Notes: generated by a model not told the origin, from the sequence alone. Counted from the stretch's first letter, positions 9,340 through 19,576 are shown. The stretch: 46,399 nucleotides of DNA from Cyanophora paradoxa CCMP329 (GCA_004431415.1 QPMI01000110.1:1-46399), one strand, 5' to 3'. Numbers and translations: made by a program.

Positions 9340-10464
9340 ATGACGAAGGGCCACTCTATGATGGACATTGGGGAGGGCTCTAAGAAGCAGCGCCAGGCGC
9401 TGAAGAACGACCTGAAGGCCGACATGGACGGCATCGTGAACAAGTTCCTTCCGGGCACGATCATGCCCGAGGTGCCCGTCGTAGATGGAACGAAGGCAGA
9501 CGTCTACACGCCCGAGGACAAGGCGCGGGGCCTGGGGCTCAGCGGGGGGGAAACGAAGACCCTGCCCGCGATGAAGTACACGCCCTCGATGGAGAAGCTG
9601 ATGCGGATGGGCATCCGACAGCAGCTGCAGAACGCGAACCCCGGTCGCACGATCAACGAGGAGGACGTGGAGAACGCGTTCAGCCTGCGGAAGGAAATCA
9701 TGATTCGCGATTTCGACCAGTGGGCGATGACGGCCTTCGACCTGAAGCAGCCGGGCGTCGCCAAAATGCTCGAGGAATATTACCCCGAGCTGCTGGAGCG
9801 AATTACGAACATGATCGAGCAGGATATCGAAATTCAGCGCTTCGACAAGTACCAGAAGGTTTTCTTCCCGATGAACTACGATGATCTCGTCATGAAGTGG
9901 GCGCGCGAGCGCGGCTGGATCAAGACGATGGAAGAGATCGAGAAGGAGAACCTGCTCGGGCCGGCCGGCCGCTACGGGCAGACGGAGGCGAACCCCCAGG
10001 GGCTGCGCGCGGGCTACACCCCCGATCTATCGCCCATGTTCAACGCGCAGACGGCCAACATCAGCAGCGCCGTCAACAAGCCCTACGGCCGCAACGACGT
10101 GGACTTCAGCCGGGGCAATCCGTTTGGGGCGATGCTCCTCGATCAGCCGGGGACGCGCGGCCCGGCCCTGCCGACGGCCATGCCTTACGCGGACCAGAAC
10201 CTGCTGCCCCGCGTCGTCAACCCGCTCCCTGCGCTGCAGGGCAATCAACTTGCCACGCCGTTCCAGAAAGGACGCATGCTAGAGCTCCGCGCTAAAGGAA
10301 CGGTGGCAGGTATGTCCGCTGCATCGCAGACTGCAATTCAGACAGCCTTCCAGTCCATCGTCCGGAACACGGAGAACAACCAGATTGCCATGCTTGCGGA
10401 AACGAACGCCCGGAAGGCGGAGATGTTCGACCAAGCAGCCCAGGCGCTCCGACTCGGTCAGTAA
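9340..10464 (+). CDS. Hypothetical protein, probably virion structural
   Basis: 374-aa intact ORF directly downstream of MCP, with the upstream motif. Confidence 0.75.
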   Translation: MTKGHSMMDIGEGSKKQRQALKNDLKADMDGIVNKFLPGTIMPEVPVVDGTKADVYTPEDKARGLGLSGGETKTLPAMKYTPSMEKLMRMGIRQQLQNANPGRTINEEDVENAFSLRKEIMIRDFDQWAMTAFDLKQPGVAKMLEEYYPELLERITNMIEQDIEIQRFDKYQKVFFPMNYDDLVMKWARERGWIKTMEEIEKENLLGPAGRYGQTEANPQGLRAGYTPDLSPMFNAQTANISSAVNKPYGRNDVDFSRGNPFGAMLLDQPGTRGPALPTAMPYADQNLLPRVVNPLPALQGNQLATPFQKGRMLELRAKGTVAGMSAASQTAIQTAFQSIVRNTENNQIAMLAETNARKAEMFDQAAQALRLGQ

Positions 10465-10486
10465 TTTCTGAGGCCCACGCGAGCAC

Positions 10487-10816
10487 ATGGCTGCGACGGA
10501 GGCGACGCTGGGCGAGCAGATCGAGGCGCGCTGGGGCCGCTTCCTCGACCTGCTGGAGCCGGAGGCCAAGGAGCCCGGGGTGCGGGCGCAGATCCAGTCG
10601 CTGCGCGGCATAGGGGCCACGGCGGTCATCGTTCTGTTCAGGAGGCACATCAACGCGGAGGCGGAATTGATCAAGGCGAAGGACGACTCGGTTTTCGAGA
10701 GGCTGCCGCAGGAGTACGCCTCGGCCGTGCGCTCGCTATTCTACGGCAGCGGGCCCGAGCTGCGCGAAAAGCTCTGGCTTTACATCGAGCTCTTCGTCGA
10801 GCTGACCTCGGAGTGA
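10487..10816 (+). CDS. Small helical protein (C-terminal KLWLYIELFVEL, resembling small NCLDV conserved proteins)
   Basis: Intact ORF with upstream GTAATTTCTGA. Confidence 0.65.
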   Translation: MAATEATLGEQIEARWGRFLDLLEPEAKEPGVRAQIQSLRGIGATAVIVLFRRHINAEAELIKAKDDSVFERLPQEYASAVRSLFYGSGPELREKLWLYIELFVELTSE

Positions 10817-10858
10817 AAAATATTTCTAAGGGCAGGCGTAAAGGATGGACCCTCGGCG

Positions 10859-11645
10859 ATGCTTGGCTTCGAGGCGCTGGCCGTGGACGGGCCGAACCCC
10901 GTGGGAATCCCGCAGCCCCGGAAGAAGGGCCGCCCCGCGAAGGAGGGCAAGGAAAAGGGCGAGAAGGCGCCGAAGGCCGACAAGACGGCGCTGCCGGGCG
11001 ACGGGCCCACGGTGCCGCCGACGGCGCCGAGCAAGGGGCGAGCTTCAGCGTGCAGGAGCACATCGAAATGACGAAGAAGAAGGAGCAGAGCGTGAAGAAG
11101 GCGCTGGGGATCGACCTGCAGGAGAGGCCGCGCGACGAGGCGCAGGTGGACGTGGACGAGAAGAAGCAGGTTCTGCGGCAGATCGCGCAGTACAGGCGCT
11201 CGTTCGGGGCGAGCTTACGTCCACGAAGAAGCTGAGCCTGGCGACGCCGCTGGACGAGCTGAAGGAAGAGTACGAGGAGATTCAGCGCGAGCTGAGCACG
11301 CGGGGTTCGCTGGAGGCGGCGCGCCTCTTTCTGATCGCGGGCATGCACTCGCTGGAGCACCTGAACAAGGCGTACGATCCGATCGGCCTGAAGCTCGACG
11401 GGCTCGGGCAGGCGACGCTCTCTTCGATGGACCAGGTGCAGCCGATCTTAGAGGAGCTGGTGATTAAGTACTCGCGCTACGTGACCCTGGGGCCCGAGGC
11501 GCGCCTGGGGATGGCCCTGGTGCAGACGGTGCTGGCGGTGCACGCGGCGAACGCGAACCCGGAGGTGATGAAGGAGGTGACGGAGGCGGCGGCCTCGACG
11601 GCGGCGGAGCCCAAGGCGGTGGGCGGCAAGTTCAACGGCCTTTGA
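10859..11645 (+). CDS. Conserved NCLDV-type protein (DUF5767-like), two frameshifts
   Basis: YDPIGLKLDGL...LEELVIKY...GPEARL....VHAAN motif string. Confidence 0.7.
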
Positions 11646-11698
11646 GTGTAAAAGCTTGTAATCAATTGCACCAAAAATTCACAATTTATTCGTCCGAG

Positions 11699-12478
11699 CT
11701 ACTGCATGGGGGCTGCGTACATAGACTCGGGGTTTAGGTAGGGCTCGAAATCGGCCTCGTTGTCGTAGGGCTTGAAGGCCAGCTCGGGGCGCGCCCGGCG
11801 AAGCGAAAGGCGCCGACCTTGCACTGCTGCACGGCGAGGAAGGACCACTTGAGGCCGAACTTGCCCTCGGGATGGCGTAGGCGGTGTCGATTTTGACGAG
11901 GGCGGCCACCAGGTCGCCGGTGCCGATGGTGGCGCGCTCGGTGATGAGGTAGTTGGACATGTCGACGACGGGGATGGTCTTGCGCTTGCCCGCCATCGTC
12001 TGGGTGCGGATGCGCATGTTGAGGTACTTGTAGAAGGCCTGGCCCGACTCCTTGTCGACCTTGATGCGCACGCTGGGGGTCTGCAGCACCGAGATCTGGT
12101 CCTTGGAGAGGGAGCGGCCGGGCGAGACCTTGAGCTTGGCCTGGTTCTGCTGCACGAACTCGCAGAATTTCGCGTCCAGGGCCTCGAGCAGCTTGAGGAA
12201 CTCGTCCGCGCGGGGTTCGTCTGGCCGTCGACGGCGCTGAGATCGGTGAGGTCCAGCGTGTAGAATCCGCCGTTTTCTTCCATGACGAAGGCCTTCTTCT
12301 CGTCGCTCCACGCCTTGCCTTGCTCTGTGTTGATGCAGGGGTTGATGGTGACCATGGGCGGCGCGTACATCATGAGGCCCTGCAGGCCGTCGTACTTGGC
12401 CTTGATGCGGCCGGTGGCGTCGATCTCGAAGGCGAGCTTGGCGGGGTCGATCTCGTTGGCGTTGCGGACGGTGGCCAT
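11699..12478 (-). CDS. NCLDV-type ssDNA-binding protein (OB-fold), frameshifted
   Basis: YTLDL...FLKLLEALDAKFCEFV...LNMRIR...IGTGDLVAALVKIDTAY...KFGLKW plus acidic tail, typical of the viral SSB layout. Confidence 0.7.
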   Translation of the reverse strand: MATVRNANEIDPAKLAFEIDATGRIKAKYDGLQGLMMYAPPMVTINPCINTEQGKAWSDEKKAFVMEENGGFYTLDLTDLSAVDGQTNPARTSSSSCSRPWTRNSASSCSRTRPSSRSRPAAPSPRTRSRCCRPPACASRSTRSRARPSTSTSTCASAPRRWRASARPSPSSTCPTTSSPSAPPSAPATWWPPSSKSTPPTPSRGQVRPQVVLPRRAAVQGRRLSLRRARPELAFKPYDNEADFEPYLNPESMYAAPMQ

Positions 12479-12500
12479 GTTGTCTGAGCTTAGTGTGCGA

Positions 12501-12869
12501 TCAGCCTAGCGCTAGAAAATATTTAAAGGGCGCCCCACCTGACTTCAGCTGAGCGCTCGGGTGATTCAGGTAAAACACGTGTTCAATTCGTCTCACTGGG
12601 GGGGGAAGGGCTTCGATCGCGGCTACGCGAATATTCGAGAGTCTAAATCTGGCGCTGGGGCAGGCGACGGCGTACAGGGTGATCTCGTTCTTGGCGGGAT
12701 TGAGCATGATGTGCTGGAAGCAGTCGCCCTTGCGGCACTCCAGCGAGATGTTGCGCAGCAGCCTGCAGTAGTTGAAGCAGATCTCGCCGTTCTCGTCCAG
12801 ATCCTCTTCCATGGCCTCGTACTCGAAGATGCCGAAGGTCAGGCAGCAGGTGAAGTACTTGGGGCGCAC
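12501..12869 (-). CDS. Hypothetical protein
   Basis: ORF of plausible composition, start codon uncertain. Confidence 0.45.
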   Translation of the reverse strand: MRPKYFTCCLTFGIFEYEAMEEDLDENGEICFNYCRLLRNISLECRKGDCFQHIMLNPAKNEITLYAVACPSARFRLSNIRVAAIEALPPPVRRIEHVFYLNHPSAQLKSGGAPFKYFLALG

Positions 12870-13070
12870 ATTCTCTCGTTGGCTTACGGTTAAAGTGTGA
12901 GGAACCGAGGCCCCGTGCCCCTCTTAAGGCCCCGCGTCAGGTGAGCTTCAGACGAAGTCAGAAAACACGCGTTCAATTTCAGAGGGATACAGAGCCATCA
13001 AGATCAAAGGAAATCATCCTATCGTCAAGGCTAAAGGGGTAGCCGCACTGCTGGTGCAGCTGATCGACCT

Positions 13071-13451
13071 TCATCTGGGGGAGCCCATCTGCCTCCGCAA
13101 GACCCAGATGTTGCACTGATACCCCTCAAAGAATGTGTAGGCGAGGGAGCGGCCTGAGGGAGAGATCGCCGCGCAGAACGAGGCCCACTCGGGTACTTGA
13201 ACATGCGTGCAGTTCAGGCGCCCCGCGGAGAAGGTCACGATGTAGGCCGTCTGTCCGGTTTGGGTCTTGGCGCAGGAGACCAGGGTGAAGGAGAAGCCAT
13301 CGTCGGAGAGCTTCATGAGGAGGATCTTACCGGGGCAGTCCTTGCAGTCGTCTACTTTGCCGTCCTTGAGAACTTCCACCTCGCGGTCAATGGGCTCGCC
13401 GATCACGCGCACGGTGTATTCCTCGACGAAGAACTGGGCAACAAGGGCCAT
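13071..13451 (-). CDS. Beta-rich protein ending in a TolB/PD40-like repeat
   Basis: MALVAQFF... start, C-terminal AAISPSGRSLAYTFFEGYQCNIWVL. Confidence 0.55.
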   Translation of the reverse strand: MALVAQFFVEEYTVRVIGEPIDREVEVLKDGKVDDCKDCPGKILLMKLSDDGFSFTLVSCAKTQTGQTAYIVTFSAGRLNCTHVQVPEWASFCAAISPSGRSLAYTFFEGYQCNIWVLRRQMGSPR

Positions 13452-13555
13452 GTTGCTTGCTGGTTGCGTTGAGAGAGATTGAGAGTGTGAGGGAACGCCG
13501 CGTGCCGCGTGCTTATAGAGGCCGTTCAGGTGAGGTTCAGGTGAGCGCTCACCTG

Positions 13556-13680
13556 AGGAGGGGGGGGGGAGAAGTGACGCGGACGCGAAAGATTCCGTCA
13601 TGGGTTTTTCCGTCATGGGCTGGAACTTGGACCTGGGACTCGGGCCCAAACTCTCCCGGTAAAAAAATAGATTCGAACTT
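13556..13680 (+). repeat. Repeat copy A (TTCCGTCATGGG x2 + GGACTCG heptamers), outer left arm
   Basis: Direct repeat of ~14460-14526 and reverse complement of ~17657-17773. Confidence 0.9.
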
Positions 13681-13711
13681 GGCGCCATTTTCTGATGCTA
13701 GTCTACCCACC

Positions 13712-14377
13712 ATGGAGCCCGCCATCTCCCAGCTGGTCTCCCAGGGCGCCAAGCTCGACAAGGCCCTCAACATCTACCTTCAGCTGATCGAGCTGGCATG
13801 GCCCGAGCCAATGATTGCCCAGGCCTGCAAATCGCTCCACGTGGCGTTCGATGCGCCGTTCTCAGGTGACCCGGATCAGATGACATCCTGGTCCAAGGAG
13901 GAGATAAAGGCAGACTTTGAGGCGCTTTTCTCATTTATGAGCAAGAAGTATGCCGAAATCGAAGCAGCCAAGGATGCCGAAGCCCAAGGCGGTGAAGATG
14001 CAGAAGCCCCAGAAGCCCCAGCCCAAGGCCCTGCCGGCGACCAAGGCACCGAAGTTCAAGGCGCTGGGCCCCTGCAGAGGGCGAAGGCCAAGGCGGACCT
14101 GCGACCGCGTAGGCCCAAGGACATAGCCAAGGAGGCAAGCGGCCACAGGCCGGACTGGCCGGCGCCGGCGCCCTACCGCTACCTCAAGCTGGACAAGAGC
14201 AACGATACCGGCTTCACCAGGAGGAGGTGGCCTGAGCCTCTCAGGTGGCTGGAGCCAAGGGAGATCAAGGCCGGAGGCAGTATCGAGCTAGCGCTAGCGC
14301 TGGGAGGCGGTGGTGGTGCAGACTTGGAGGAGCAGGCCTTGCTAGATACCATCAACTTGGGCAAGGTAGAGCTGTGA
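13712..14377 (+). CDS. Hypothetical protein lying between repeat copies A and B
   Basis: MEPAISQLV... ORF preceded by CCATTTTCTGA. Confidence 0.55.
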   Translation: MEPAISQLVSQGAKLDKALNIYLQLIELAWPEPMIAQACKSLHVAFDAPFSGDPDQMTSWSKEEIKADFEALFSFMSKKYAEIEAAKDAEAQGGEDAEAPEAPAQGPAGDQGTEVQGAGPLQRAKAKADLRPRRPKDIAKEASGHRPDWPAPAPYRYLKLDKSNDTGFTRRRWPEPLRWLEPREIKAGGSIELALALGGGGGADLEEQALLDTINLGKVEL

Positions 14378-14526
14378 TATCTAGCTAGTGCTTGCTAGCG
14401 CTTGCTTAATTAATTAACCTGAAGTTACCTGACATTTACCTGAAAGGTTGCGGAGGTTGCGGACGCGTCACAATTCCGTCATGGGTTTTCCGTCATGGGC
14501 TGGAACTTGGACTCGGGACTCGGCCG
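14376..14526 (+). repeat. Repeat copy B, inner left arm
   Basis: Reverse complement of 17431-17560 (GATATC...TTAATTAA...CCGTCATGGG...CGGCCG). Confidence 0.9.
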
Positions 14527-14754
14527 CAAAACTCGGCGTAAAAAAATACACGTGTTTTTGTCAAGTCTAACGTACCGACTCTGTACCCCTCTATTCGACT
14601 TGAAGGTAATTTCAAGTTGCTATGACATCATACTGAAGTTGCTATGACATTATCGTTATTCACAATCAATGAATACTTTAATGTAGTATAGAACGGTCAT
14701 AGGAGGGGTACGTCGTTCTTGTTCAAGTCTCGAACTTACCAGGAGAATTCCCGG

Positions 14755-15097
14755 TGCGCTGAGCGGGATGCGCTAAGCAGTTGGCTAGGCCCAGAGGCGC
14801 CCCAAGCAGAGAGGGACAGGCCCGTACGGCACCGTAGGGCGGCGGCAAGCGGGTGCCATTACGTACACAGCAGGCGCAGAGCCAGCGTAAGACAGAGAGA
14901 ACAAGAGAACAAGGACGTCGACAGACAGCAAGCGAGCGCCGCGCAGGGCAAGCGAGGGCCCAGGGCTAAAATAAGCGGGCCAGTTGGCAACAACGTGGCA
15001 CCAGGAATAGCAGGCTACAAAGGGTACAAGGCAAGGCAAGCTGCCGGCTTAGAGCCGACGACCAGGGCTAGCTGGGAGTCGGAAAGTGGGCGGCACA
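14755..15097 (-). repeat. LTR (3' LTR in inferred orientation)
   Basis: 343 bp, two visible substitutions relative to 17087-17429. Confidence 0.92.
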
Positions 15098-17086
15098 CGC
15101 TTCCCGCTACAAAAAGCCGTCCTCGGCGCTACGAGCTAAAGGCTGAACTAAAGCTGCGTAGGCGAGGCTGAACGGACTACGAGCCAAAAGCCGGCTACCG
15201 TCCCTGCACAGAAAGCCGTCCTCGGCGCCACAGCGGGCGGGCCAGAGGGGCAAATTAAAATCCATCAGGCCGTCGGCACCAGTATGAGGAACTGGGCCCA
15301 ACAAGGGAAGTTGGGTGAGGGACCCACGACCTGACGCCAGAGCGCGCGGAGCGCCGCCAGCCAACCGGGGGCAAACCCTCTAAATCCCGCCGGAGGGGAA
15401 AACGAGTGCTAGCGCTAGCACTAAGCTCGAATTCGAAACCGGCGCCGCGCCGCAAGCCGCCGGGCTGCGGCGGCGCCGGGTCGAAAGTTCCACAGTGTAG
15501 AAGGTACTTGACGTAGAATGTAGGAGTGTAGGACCGCAGGCTCGATCAGCAGAGCCGCAGCGGCAGAGTACGCGTTGCGGGCCAAGCTCGGCGCAGCTTG
15601 CCGCATTGCGTTGCCAAGTGACTCGGCCAGCGGAGTCACGAGGCGGGGCGATCGGACAGCACAGTAGCGTGTGCAGCCGCGTAAGCGTAGAGCAGGCAAG
15701 CCATGAAGAGTAGAGGCGGCGGGCCAGTCGCACGGGGTCAGGCTCCACAGCAGCGGCAGGCCACTGGTTGCATCATACAGACCCATCGCCAAGGATCCTC
15801 CACGATCGGACGGGATGGCAAACCACGGATACAGCCATCGAGTCCGCCGGTGTACGCAGATGCAGTGCGTAGCCGGGGCTTAGGCAGGCCACCATCGCGG
15901 GACAGGAGACAGCATCAGCGCGGCCCGGAATGATCATCGGTGCTCGCGTGATAGTCGTAGGCAAGAAGACTGGTCGCGGGGCATCACCCAGTGCTGCTTG
16001 CTGACGCTCCTCAACAGACAGGTCCGCTGTCCGCCGTCCAACTTTAGCTATGGCTGCTCACGTCGTCGTAGGACGTCCCAGAGCGCATCCTGTACGCTTC
16101 TGTTGACCTTCGCCCGCCGGACAGGCCTCGGTCAGACCTCCGCCCGCTGAACAGGCCTCGGTCGCTGATCAAACGCCCACGACAGGAAAGAACGACAGTC
16201 CGCACACGCTGGAGATGTGCGTGAAGCGACTGACATCTGGCTTGACGAGCTGGACGTCCCGGAGAAGGGCAGCTACGTCGTCGGAGCCAGGGCAAGGTCT
16301 TGGCATCTTGTCTGCCTTCTCGGTGCGACAGCGCGCACGGTAGAATTGACAACAGATAGATGCGCTTCCTCGCATAGAGATCGCTGTCAAGTGGAGCTGC
16401 GCCGGCTTCCACTGACGCGTACGCAACCCGCAGAGCCGAGAGAGACGCGGAGCCGCACGTCCTCTGGATGCAGGGTGGAGTCAAGTGGAGTGATCCTCAC
16501 GAGGGATGCCACTCGCCGCCGCTGAGCGTGCCTCGGACGGTCCGCAGGCGCCACTGCAGCCGTCGTAGGTGAGACCTCGGGCGCGTACTGGGGCCTTGTT
16601 ATCCCAGGGGCTTTCACGTCGCAGCGGTTTGACTCCATGCGTTCTTCAGATACACTCGCCACCATTGCAATACATTTAGTAGTACGCTGTGGTGTCGTCT
16701 CTCGATACAATACAATACAGTTTCATTCGACATGCGCGCGGGCTGCATCAGCATCTGTTCTTGAGCGCAGCCACGGCACGTTTAGATGACTGTGAGCGCA
16801 TGCGGCTCAATAGACGGGTTGGCGGACGCTTCCCACTACCGAAAGAGTGGTGCGCCGGGGCCGTAAGCAAGAAAAGGCGCGCGCAGTGGCGGGTAGAAAG
16901 GCATGAACCATGCGGTTCGTATTGCTAAGCTCTGCCGCATAGGCGCTTCCCACTACAAGAGAGTGGAGGCCGTACGCGCAAGCCGAGGCAAACGATGGCG
17001 TGCTTGTCCAGGGGTTCGGGCAAGAGCGCAGCGTTCGTCCCCAGGCATACGAGCTAAAAAGTCGAAGCCCAACGCAGCAGCCCCCA

Positions 17087-17429
17087 TGCGCTGGGCGGGA
17101 TGCGCTAAGCAGTTGGCTAGGCCCAGAGGCGCCCCAAGCAGAGAGGGACAGGCCCGTACGGCACCGTAGGGCGGCGGCAAGCGGGTGCCATTACGTACAC
17201 GGCAGGCGCAGAGCCAGCGTAAGACAGAGAGAACAAGAGAACAAGGACGTCGACAGACAGCAAGCGAGCGCCGCGCAGGGCAAGCGAGGGCCCAGGGCTA
17301 AAATAAGCGGGCCAGTTGGCAACAACGTGGCACCAGGAATAGCAGGCTACAAAGGGTACAAGGCAAGGCAAGCTGCCGGCTTAGAGCCGACGACCAGGGC
17401 TAGCTGGGAGTCGGAAAGTGGGCGGCACA
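17087..17429 (-). repeat. LTR (5' LTR in inferred orientation)
   Basis: Followed on the minus strand by TGGGGGCTGCTG, which is PBS-like. Confidence 0.92.
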
Positions 17430-17430
17430 C

Positions 17431-17560
17431 CGGCCGAGTCCCGAGTCCAAGTTCCAGCCCATGACGGAAAACCCATGACGGAATTGTGACGCGTCCGCAA
17501 CCTCCGCAACCTTTCAGGTAATTAATTAAGCAAGCGCTAGCGCTAGCTAGCTAGATATCG
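17431..17560 (-). repeat. Repeat copy C, inner right arm (its other part, 14721-14754, is separated by the LTR element)
   Basis: Inverted copy of B. 14721-14754 plus 17434 onward reconstitutes the sequence seen intact at 17657-17740. Confidence 0.9.
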
Positions 17561-17656
17561 ATACCACCTACTTAGTACTACTTAGTACTACTAGGACACT
17601 AGGACACTAGGACTCTGGGACACTAGGGCATTTGGACATAGGGGGTACCCCGCCGA

Positions 17657-17773
17657 GTTCAAGTCTCGAACTTACCAGGAGAATTCCCGGCCGAGTCCCG
17701 AGTCCAAGTTCCAGCCCATGACGGAAAACCCATGACGGAATCTTTTGCGTCCGCGTCATTTCTCCCCCCTCCT
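17657..17773 (-). repeat. Repeat copy D, outer right arm
   Basis: Inverted copy of A, including GCGTCCGCGTCA.TTCTCCCCCC. Confidence 0.9.
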
Positions 17774-17825
17774 ACGTTCGCAATCTCCGGACGCCTCCCA
17801 CAATTTTCCAAGGTACCCAGCAAGC

Positions 17826-18111
17826 ATGGACTTTACTGACTGCGCAGGTATCAAGCAGGAGCCTGAGGACCTTCTCACCGCCGCCGCCTCGGCGCCCAAG
17901 CAGCGCCGCCGCCGTGGGCCCAAGTCCTCTGCTCCGAGCCGAGATCCTGGCGGCTCCGGCGCGCGGGCCGGAGACCGTGGACCTGACGCTGGAGGAGCCG
18001 GCGCGCGGCCCGCCGCGCCTGCTGATCCTTGCGGCGGCGGCGGCCGCGCTCTACTACGCCGCCCGGCGCCTGGGCCCGCAGCTCTCGGGCCTGGTCCGGA
18101 ACCTTTTCTAA
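17826..18111 (+). CDS. Small protein with basic patch and C-terminal TM helix (frameshifted)
   Basis: MDFTDCAGIKQEPE...KQRRRRG joined to ETVDLT...LLILAAAAAALYYAA, with upstream CAATTTTCCA. Confidence 0.55.
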
Positions 18112-18121
18112 GTCTTGCCCA

Positions 18122-18463
18122 ATGGAGGCCCTGCTAGATCTCATGGCCTTTGCCCTGCCCATCTTCTTCCTGGTGGGCCTCAGCCGCATGGAGCGCGAGG
18201 CGCGCCAGCCCGAGCGCGTCGAGCGCGGCCTCACCCCCGCAGAGCAGCGCAACCTCACCGAGTGGGACCTGGCGCTCATGGCCGGCCGCATGCTCGACGG
18301 CAACCGTCTCGAGCCGGGCCACCGCCTCAAGCTAGAGGACGGCGGCATGGCCCTCTGGGACGGCGAGGCCTGGAAGCACGATTCGACGGGCGAGCCGATG
18401 AAGCTGCTCGCCTCCGGCAACAAGTACTGGCGCGGCGACTCGATGGAGTTCCGGCGCCCGTGA
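18122..18463 (+). CDS. Hypothetical protein with N-terminal hydrophobic anchor
   Basis: MEALLDLMAFALPIFFLVGL, with upstream TTTTCTAAG. Confidence 0.6.
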   Translation: MEALLDLMAFALPIFFLVGLSRMEREARQPERVERGLTPAEQRNLTEWDLALMAGRMLDGNRLEPGHRLKLEDGGMALWDGEAWKHDSTGEPMKLLASGNKYWRGDSMEFRRP

Positions 18464-18511
18464 TTGCTAGTGATTTTCTGGTCCCTCTTCTAGCCCTTCT
18501 ACCAGCAAAGA

Positions 18512-18796
18512 ATGCCCGACCCCTCGCCCGACCCCGCCGCAGGTGCCGAGAGCGCGGGCAGCTCGGACGAGTACTCCGAGCTCACGGATCCCGACCCCGA
18601 CGAGCCCGGCGACGCCTTCGCGACGGAGAACGAGCGCTCCCTCATGCGCGTCTACGAGGCGCTGCGCGAGGCGATCTACTGGGAGGATCCCCGCCTGGGA
18701 ACCCTGATGAACTTTGCCAAGTTCGCCGAGTTCATGTTCGCTATGACCGTGCCCTTCACCCGAGTCGTGCTCTGGGATAGGAACAGGAACTGGTAA
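18512..18796 (+). CDS. Hypothetical acidic protein
   Basis: Clean ORF with upstream GATTTTCTGG. Confidence 0.6.
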   Translation: MPDPSPDPAAGAESAGSSDEYSELTDPDPDEPGDAFATENERSLMRVYEALREAIYWEDPRLGTLMNFAKFAEFMFAMTVPFTRVVLWDRNRNW

Positions 18797-18823
18797 AGGC
18801 ATTGAATACAACAGTACAGAGCC

Positions 18824-19196
18824 CTACGAGCTAGAGCTGCTATCGCCCGAGTCCAGGCGCGCCTTCTTGGCCTTGGAGCGGCGGAGGCGGGAGACGTACT
18901 GCAGGCGCAGGTTGCGCACTAGGAGCTCGCCGGCCGTGGTGCCCGGCAGCCCGGGAACCGAGTCCGTGGGCAGCAGCTGTCCCTCGCGTATCGCCTTGTA
19001 CGTCTTGCGCTTGTTGAATGCAACCTTCTCCGTATCCTCCGCGACCGGGACTTCCAGCGCCAGCGTGCGCTTGGCCTTCTTGACGGAGACTGCGTTCGCA
19101 CGCTCCAGCTTCACTCCGGGCTCCAGGGGGTAGGGGCGACTGCGTTCGCCACCGGGTTCTCAGCGAAGGAAACACGGGGGAAGAGCCGCCGCGCAT
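18824..19196 (-). CDS. Basic hypothetical protein (probable frameshift)
   Basis: ATG at 19196 follows the motif, and the frame joins the Lys/Arg-rich ORF 18824..19114. Confidence 0.5.
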
Positions 19197-19212
19197 GGTT
19201 CGCTCGGTTTAC

Positions 19213-19539
19213 CTAGCGTTTAGAAAATAGCGCGCGAGCCTCGAGCACCAGGAGACCCGCCACAACCGCTGCGGCGATGACAACGGCCACCTTGAGCCAG
19301 TGCCAGAAGCGCTCGGCCCCGTCCGTCAGCGCGCGGCCCGCCTTGCCCGGTGCGGTGAGCGCGGAGCCCAGGGCGCCCGCCGCAATGTCGGCCCACGCGC
19401 CTCCGTCGCCGCGCAGGACGTTCTCTCGGTTCTTCGTCTCCACCGTGGCGCCAATCGCCGCGTTGATCTCGCCGAACTGCAGGCGCGGCTGGCCCTTGGG
19501 GCCGAAGGTCTTCGTGAGCAGCGCATCGAGCCAGCTCAT
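19213..19539 (-). CDS. Small membrane protein
   Basis: C-terminal TM segment VAVVIAAAVVAGLLVL. Confidence 0.65.
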   Translation of the reverse strand: MSWLDALLTKTFGPKGQPRLQFGEINAAIGATVETKNRENVLRGDGGAWADIAAGALGSALTAPGKAGRALTDGAERFWHWLKVAVVIAAAVVAGLLVLEARALFSKR

Positions 19540-19576
19540 CCTTGGCTAGCTTCCAACCGGGGTTTCGAAAAACTAT

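Larger units (their letters stand above)
14755..17429 (-). mobile_element. Non-autonomous LTR retroelement (~2.68 kb, LARD/TRIM-like) with CCGG TSD
   Basis: 343-bp TG...CA direct repeats. CCGG at 14751-14754 and 17430-17433. Empty site GAATTC-CCGG-CCGAGTC at 17681-17697. PBS-like TGGGGGCT on the minus strand. No gag/pol ORF recognised. Confidence 0.9.

Noticed and set aside
15098-17086. gag/pol coding in the LTR element
   Set aside because: Only short ORFs, with no RT (YxDD), integrase or convincing zinc-knuckle motifs.
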